Of a DNA stretch of 64,000 nucleotides, positions 52,741-64,000 are shown in pieces. A program made the position numbers and the translations under genes. Within the stretch, counting starts at the first letter, position 1, and each line of letters begins with the position of its first letter. Under the pieces are notes generated by a model that saw only the letters and a program-made list of their open reading frames with translations, had not been told where the DNA came from and did no database searches. Source of the DNA: Phoronis australis (Eukaryota > Animalia > Phoronida); contig NMRA01000062.1 in the NCBI GenBank assembly GCA_002633005.1, forward strand, positions 354,111-418,110, in the 5' to 3' direction.

Positions 52741-53645
52741 CGAAACAGCTTTATTTTTACTCTAACGTGTCAATGAACTGAATAACTGAGCTCAGGGTGT
52801 CCAGTGATCTTAGTACATATCCGCTGGAAAGAAATAGATGTTGAATGTGAAAAGTCGTTTCTACGTACTCATGCAAGAAAGGTCAACTATACGAATGTGT
52901 AATTTACTTGGAGTTTAAAATAAATAGATGCATGTTTAAGAACACAAAACCATGTTAAAAATCCATTGTACTTTGATGATATCCAGGGAACATTGGGAAA
53001 AATTGCTTTCTTGTAACTTTAAGAACATTTATAGACACAAGAATCATGTCCATTTTACTCTGAAGACGAAAGATTGGGAACCCTATCAAAATAGAAGTCT
53101 TTTCGAGGTCTTACCAAATAAGAATTAAAAAGGGGCCACAGGTTTGAAGTTTAAATCTCGCGAACCTCCCTGTATTCGCATAAAACACTATCCGGATTAC
53201 GTCACATCCAACGACGGCATGTATGACGCTGTTTTATAAATGTGCGAAACCTCTCCATTAACAGAATATTCAGTTTCTAAATTTGCAAAGTATTTCAATG
53301 GGTTTTCAGCGTTTTTGATCCAGTTGGCCCGTGCTTTTGTATACATCGAAGATCGCTAGAGCCAACCACTTCTGATTTTACTAAGTAAGTTTTCCGAAAA
53401 TATGCGAGCACTGCCTCTATGGTCAGATACATAGCTCTCGGTTTCAAGGTACTCAACGACTAGCAAAAAAACCCGATTTATTCATACAATCTGCCCGAGT
53501 CCATGGGATGTCTTTAAATACGCAAGTCACACAACAGCTCAAGTTGTGAACACTTGATAGAAAACCTGACACACCGTCAATACAACATAATGCCAGCCAC
53601 CCTGTGTTGGGTCAAACAACGTCCATACTTATGTGCAGAAGAACA

Positions 53646-53651
53646 TTTATT
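53646..53651 (-). terminator. Polyadenylation signal AATAAA of hsc70-B
   Basis: AATAAA on the minus strand ~260 nt past the stop codon. Confidence 0.5.
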
Positions 53652-53911
53652 TTCTTTTATCACTTGACTTTATGGTACTGTAAAACGTGGAATATTACAA
53701 AATGAGGTAACAAAAACGAGAGATGATGTAAATAACTTAAATAATGCATAATCACAGATAGCGTGCTCTTGTCATACCACATGAGTCACTCAGAGTAATT
53801 CCTCTCCAAAACATGATCTGTTACATAGAGTTTAACACAAAATTATCTGTCACAATACTATCATTTAGGTCATGTCACTCCATAGCCATATGTTGTGTGG
53901 TACCGTCTTGT

Positions 53912-61069
<7,158 letters not shown>

Positions 61070-61309
61070 GGCGAGTCTGAAAAAAGCATAAACAATGCCA
61101 ATGTTTGATAAGGAGCAAAATGGTTCAGGTTTGATGAAAGAGACAAGGCCCTCACAGGCCTTCATTAAAATCATGCGAGCAATTTAACAAGTTACAGACG
61201 GGATGTACTGAAGAGGAATTAAGACTTATATCACGTCTCTGATCATAATTGGTAAAAATGACGTTAATTAACTAAGACTGGCCTTCCCAGCAAGGAGACC
61301 TATTGATTC

Positions 61310-61735
61310 CAGGGCTCAACACTAACGGTTGCCCGATTGCCCGTGTACATGTAGATTTTGCGTCGGGCAAGTGGAATTTGAAAAGTACTTGCCCGATGGG
61401 CAAGTTAAAAAGCTAGCCGCATAGGCAAGTAGATCCTAAGATTGTCTGCTCGACATTTGCTCCAAAGTAATGAACCCCCGACACAAGCTTAAAAACCGTC
61501 GAAAAAGCTCCTGTGGCCGTCAAAGAAACTCCCGTCTTCGAATGAGCACCGAAAGGAAAATAGAACGAGTGTGATAAAGCGTGCACAGATGACGCTCGCG
61601 GTCAAATCCTTTCGATTCTCTGAACGTGCCCTGCAGTTTCTGAATAAGTTGTCACGTGATACTACTGATCGTCTGCACTCTGGCAAAACGTCTAAACATG
61701 GAAGCCGTCCAGGCCTGGACGGCATTGGTTTAGTT
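61310..61735. mobile_element. Left part of a different CAGGGCT-terminated DNA element
   Basis: Starts CAGGGCTCAACACTAAC, has subterminal TTGCCCG/CGGGCAA repeats and is CpG-rich; truncated by the N. Confidence 0.5.
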
Positions 61736-61736
61736 N

Positions 61737-61889
61737 AACGTCGTCTGCAACGCCGCGGTAAGAAAGGAATTTGCCGCGGAAATTTCATATCAAATCCGAT
61801 TTTTTTACGCGGAAATATTATAAAAAAAAGCGGAAAGCACATTTCAAAAAAGCGGAAATCCGCGTTTCCGCGGAAAATTCCAAGCCCTG
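61737..61889. mobile_element. Right end of the same CAGGGCTTGGAAT MITE family
   Basis: Near-identical to 16594-16745; similarity starts exactly after the single N at 61736. Confidence 0.8.
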
Positions 61890-63488
61890 GTGACCAATCA
61901 GAACGCAGAATTCTTGACACACTTTTGTTTCCAACATGCCATTTAACCAGACAACCAACACGTTGCTGGGTTAAACTTATTGTTTGTCGACATTTCACAA
62001 GGAGGCGGAGCTTGCAATTGGTCAATTACCATGAATGAAACTAATCTATACACGAGTCAATTAAATATTGCACATTTTGGGCATTTGTCTCCCCCAAGAA
62101 AATTAACCATTGAACCAGAGAACCACCGTTGTTACCCATGACCTTTCAAAGTGAAATAAACTGACCCGGAAATCAAAGGATTTGCTGTAACGGTATGGCT
62201 AGATACCGAAACAAAAGTTAAAGTGGCACCCTCTAACTGACACGTGTATTCGAGAAGGTAAGTATGCAATTTGAAATAGGAGAAATTACACAAAGAAAAA
62301 AGGCCAAAATTCCAGAACTGCCCTTAAGTCATTGAAGATGTAAACTACAATGAAAGAAAAATTTCTAGTAAAAAAACGTCCACGCCCATGGGTGTTTATT
62401 TGGTGTTACAACTTCTGGGGTCAAGATAGTGTGGAGTTTATTCGGAAAATTTCTTCTTAAAAGCCCACCCAGCATCAACTTTTAGTCACCAATTCACTTT
62501 TGGCCAGGTCATCAAATGCAACATGGTGTTTATGGAGCGCTATGCTTCATCAAAGATATGTAAAGAACCAGAAAGGTACACTGAAGAAATTAAGCAATTT
62601 TTAAGTTACAATTTCACACATTTTAGAGAGGCGAAAACCAATTACTTGGTGACTGAATTTGGGCTACTGCTGTTAAACATACACAACATGAGATTAAAAC
62701 AGAAACTGAAAGGGGAGAATTATAGCCCCTCGCCAGCCAGTCGTGGGGTGTGTTGTTGAACTGTAATGGTGTTAGTTCACCGTAATTGAACATACCCATC
62801 AGGCCAATCAACTAATGTGAAAATCAATGCAGTCAGGAAGATAATGATATCGAAAGAAGCCGACTCGCAACGTCCGAGACTGGAACGAAGCTGGATGGGG
62901 GCACTGGTCGGATATAACAGATCCTGATTTTGAGAACCTAGCATCACTGAGTAACGCCGAACGAGGTCGTCAATGCGTTCAGTGGATGAAACTCGTTCTC
63001 AAAATCAGGGACCGCTTATTCCGACCAGTGCCCTAAATGGGTTCCAGCTAAGTGTTAATAACAATCCCGACTCCAAACACACAGCCACTTCCTATTTGTA
63101 TTTTTTAAATTCTGTCTTAAAGCTGATTCCTAACTTGCATGCTCCAAGACACGTCGCCAAATTCGTGGTTTTTTAATTTTCGGCTACGGTTTTTTTCTGA
63201 CAATAAAATTTTGAAGTCAATTTTAGTGGACACACGTCCAAACTGCGAGATCCAAAGGAAATTTCGGATTCCAAATGATGAGTGTATACTTTTGACTAAA
63301 ACCTGAATTCAATTTTAAAGTGGGAGCACGTGCTTCAGTGGGGCCGGACAACCGCTAACAAAGGATAGGCGAGCATACACTCTTCGTTAAGTCACAACAG
63401 TGAGCCTGAGGATTGTATTTTAAATAAAACTAAACTAAGAAAAGTTATTTGTTCAAGTTAGTAATTCCTATTTCGACTTAATACTTAC

Positions 63489-63575
63489 AAATTATCAGGT
63501 AATTTATGAAGAATTCACAGATTCGAACAAACGCGACCAGCTTGCCTCAGCGCTTCCAATCGAGTGGCACGTCAC
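63489..63575 (-). other. Probable non-coding exon 1 of hsc70 gene B
   Basis: Donor GTAAGTAT starting at 63488, downstream of the HSE; acceptor 7 nt before the ATG identical to gene A. TSS approximate. Confidence 0.55.
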
Positions 63576-63790
63576 GTGAATGGACAGTATGTCGATCATG
63601 TGTTTCATGAGGTTAAAGGCGGATATACGTCATATTCTGGAATGTTCTGCGAGGAATGCACTGGTCATCCTGCCTTCGGTTGAACGAATTATTGGAGCAT
63701 GGGACCAGTTTGAAGGAGGCTGCTCACTGACTAGCTGAGATATCTGATTGGTTCTCGATATGACGACTTCTGGCTTATAGACCAATCAGG
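63565..63790 (-). promoter_or_regulatory. hsc70-B promoter: perfect heat shock element, CRE-like/E-box sites, CCAAT boxes
   Basis: TTC-tg-GAA-tg-TTC at 63635-63647 (perfect nTTCnnGAAnnTTCn); TACGTCA 63626-63632; ACGTCACGTG ~63569-63578; CTGATTGG ~63744 and CCAATCAG ~63782 in opposite orientations. Confidence 0.75.
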
Positions 63791-64000
63791 TTGAACCGGC
63801 GTAGCCGCTAAGTCAATCATCGCAAAAGAGTGTCACGTTGCAGAATAGACTGCAAATACTAGAGAACGACAGACGGCCTATTGGGTGTGCCAAATCTGCT
63901 AGTCCCACCCCCTTTATGAGATAAAATTTTCTGCCCGATTTCACGAAACGGAAATTTAAACAGAGGCGGATTTAGGGGGGAGGGGGAGGGAGCATGCCCC

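Noticed and set aside
61489-62038. 178-aa and 155-aa ORFs
   Set aside because: They span an N junction between GC-rich MITE halves and show no protein motifs.

Overview
AT-rich animal (probably lophotrochozoan/mollusc-like invertebrate; inference) genomic DNA with three intron-rich minus-strand genes that I reconstructed by hand from GT-AG boundaries and reading-frame continuity: (1) a ~22-exon WD40-repeat gene resembling WDR87/WDR97 (ATG 30462 to probable stop 5726, ~744 aa, mostly missed by the ORF track); (2-3) a tandem pair of cytosolic HSC70/HSPA8-like genes (gene A 47589-36558, 649 aa, 9 coding exons; gene B 61069-53912, 654 aa, 8 coding exons), each with a probable non-coding first exon and a CRE+heat-shock-element promoter. 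The rest is introns and intergenic DNA with MITEs (Kolobok-like, hAT-like), decayed LINEs, a tRNA-derived SINE and many minisatellites. Most notable: a precise intron presence/absence difference and patchy identity (likely gene conversion) between the HSC70 paralogs, parallel but unequal promoters, co-oriented CTCF-like motifs in hsc70-A introns, and tandem duplications anchored on splice sites of the WD40 gene. I see no convincing wholly new biological system.
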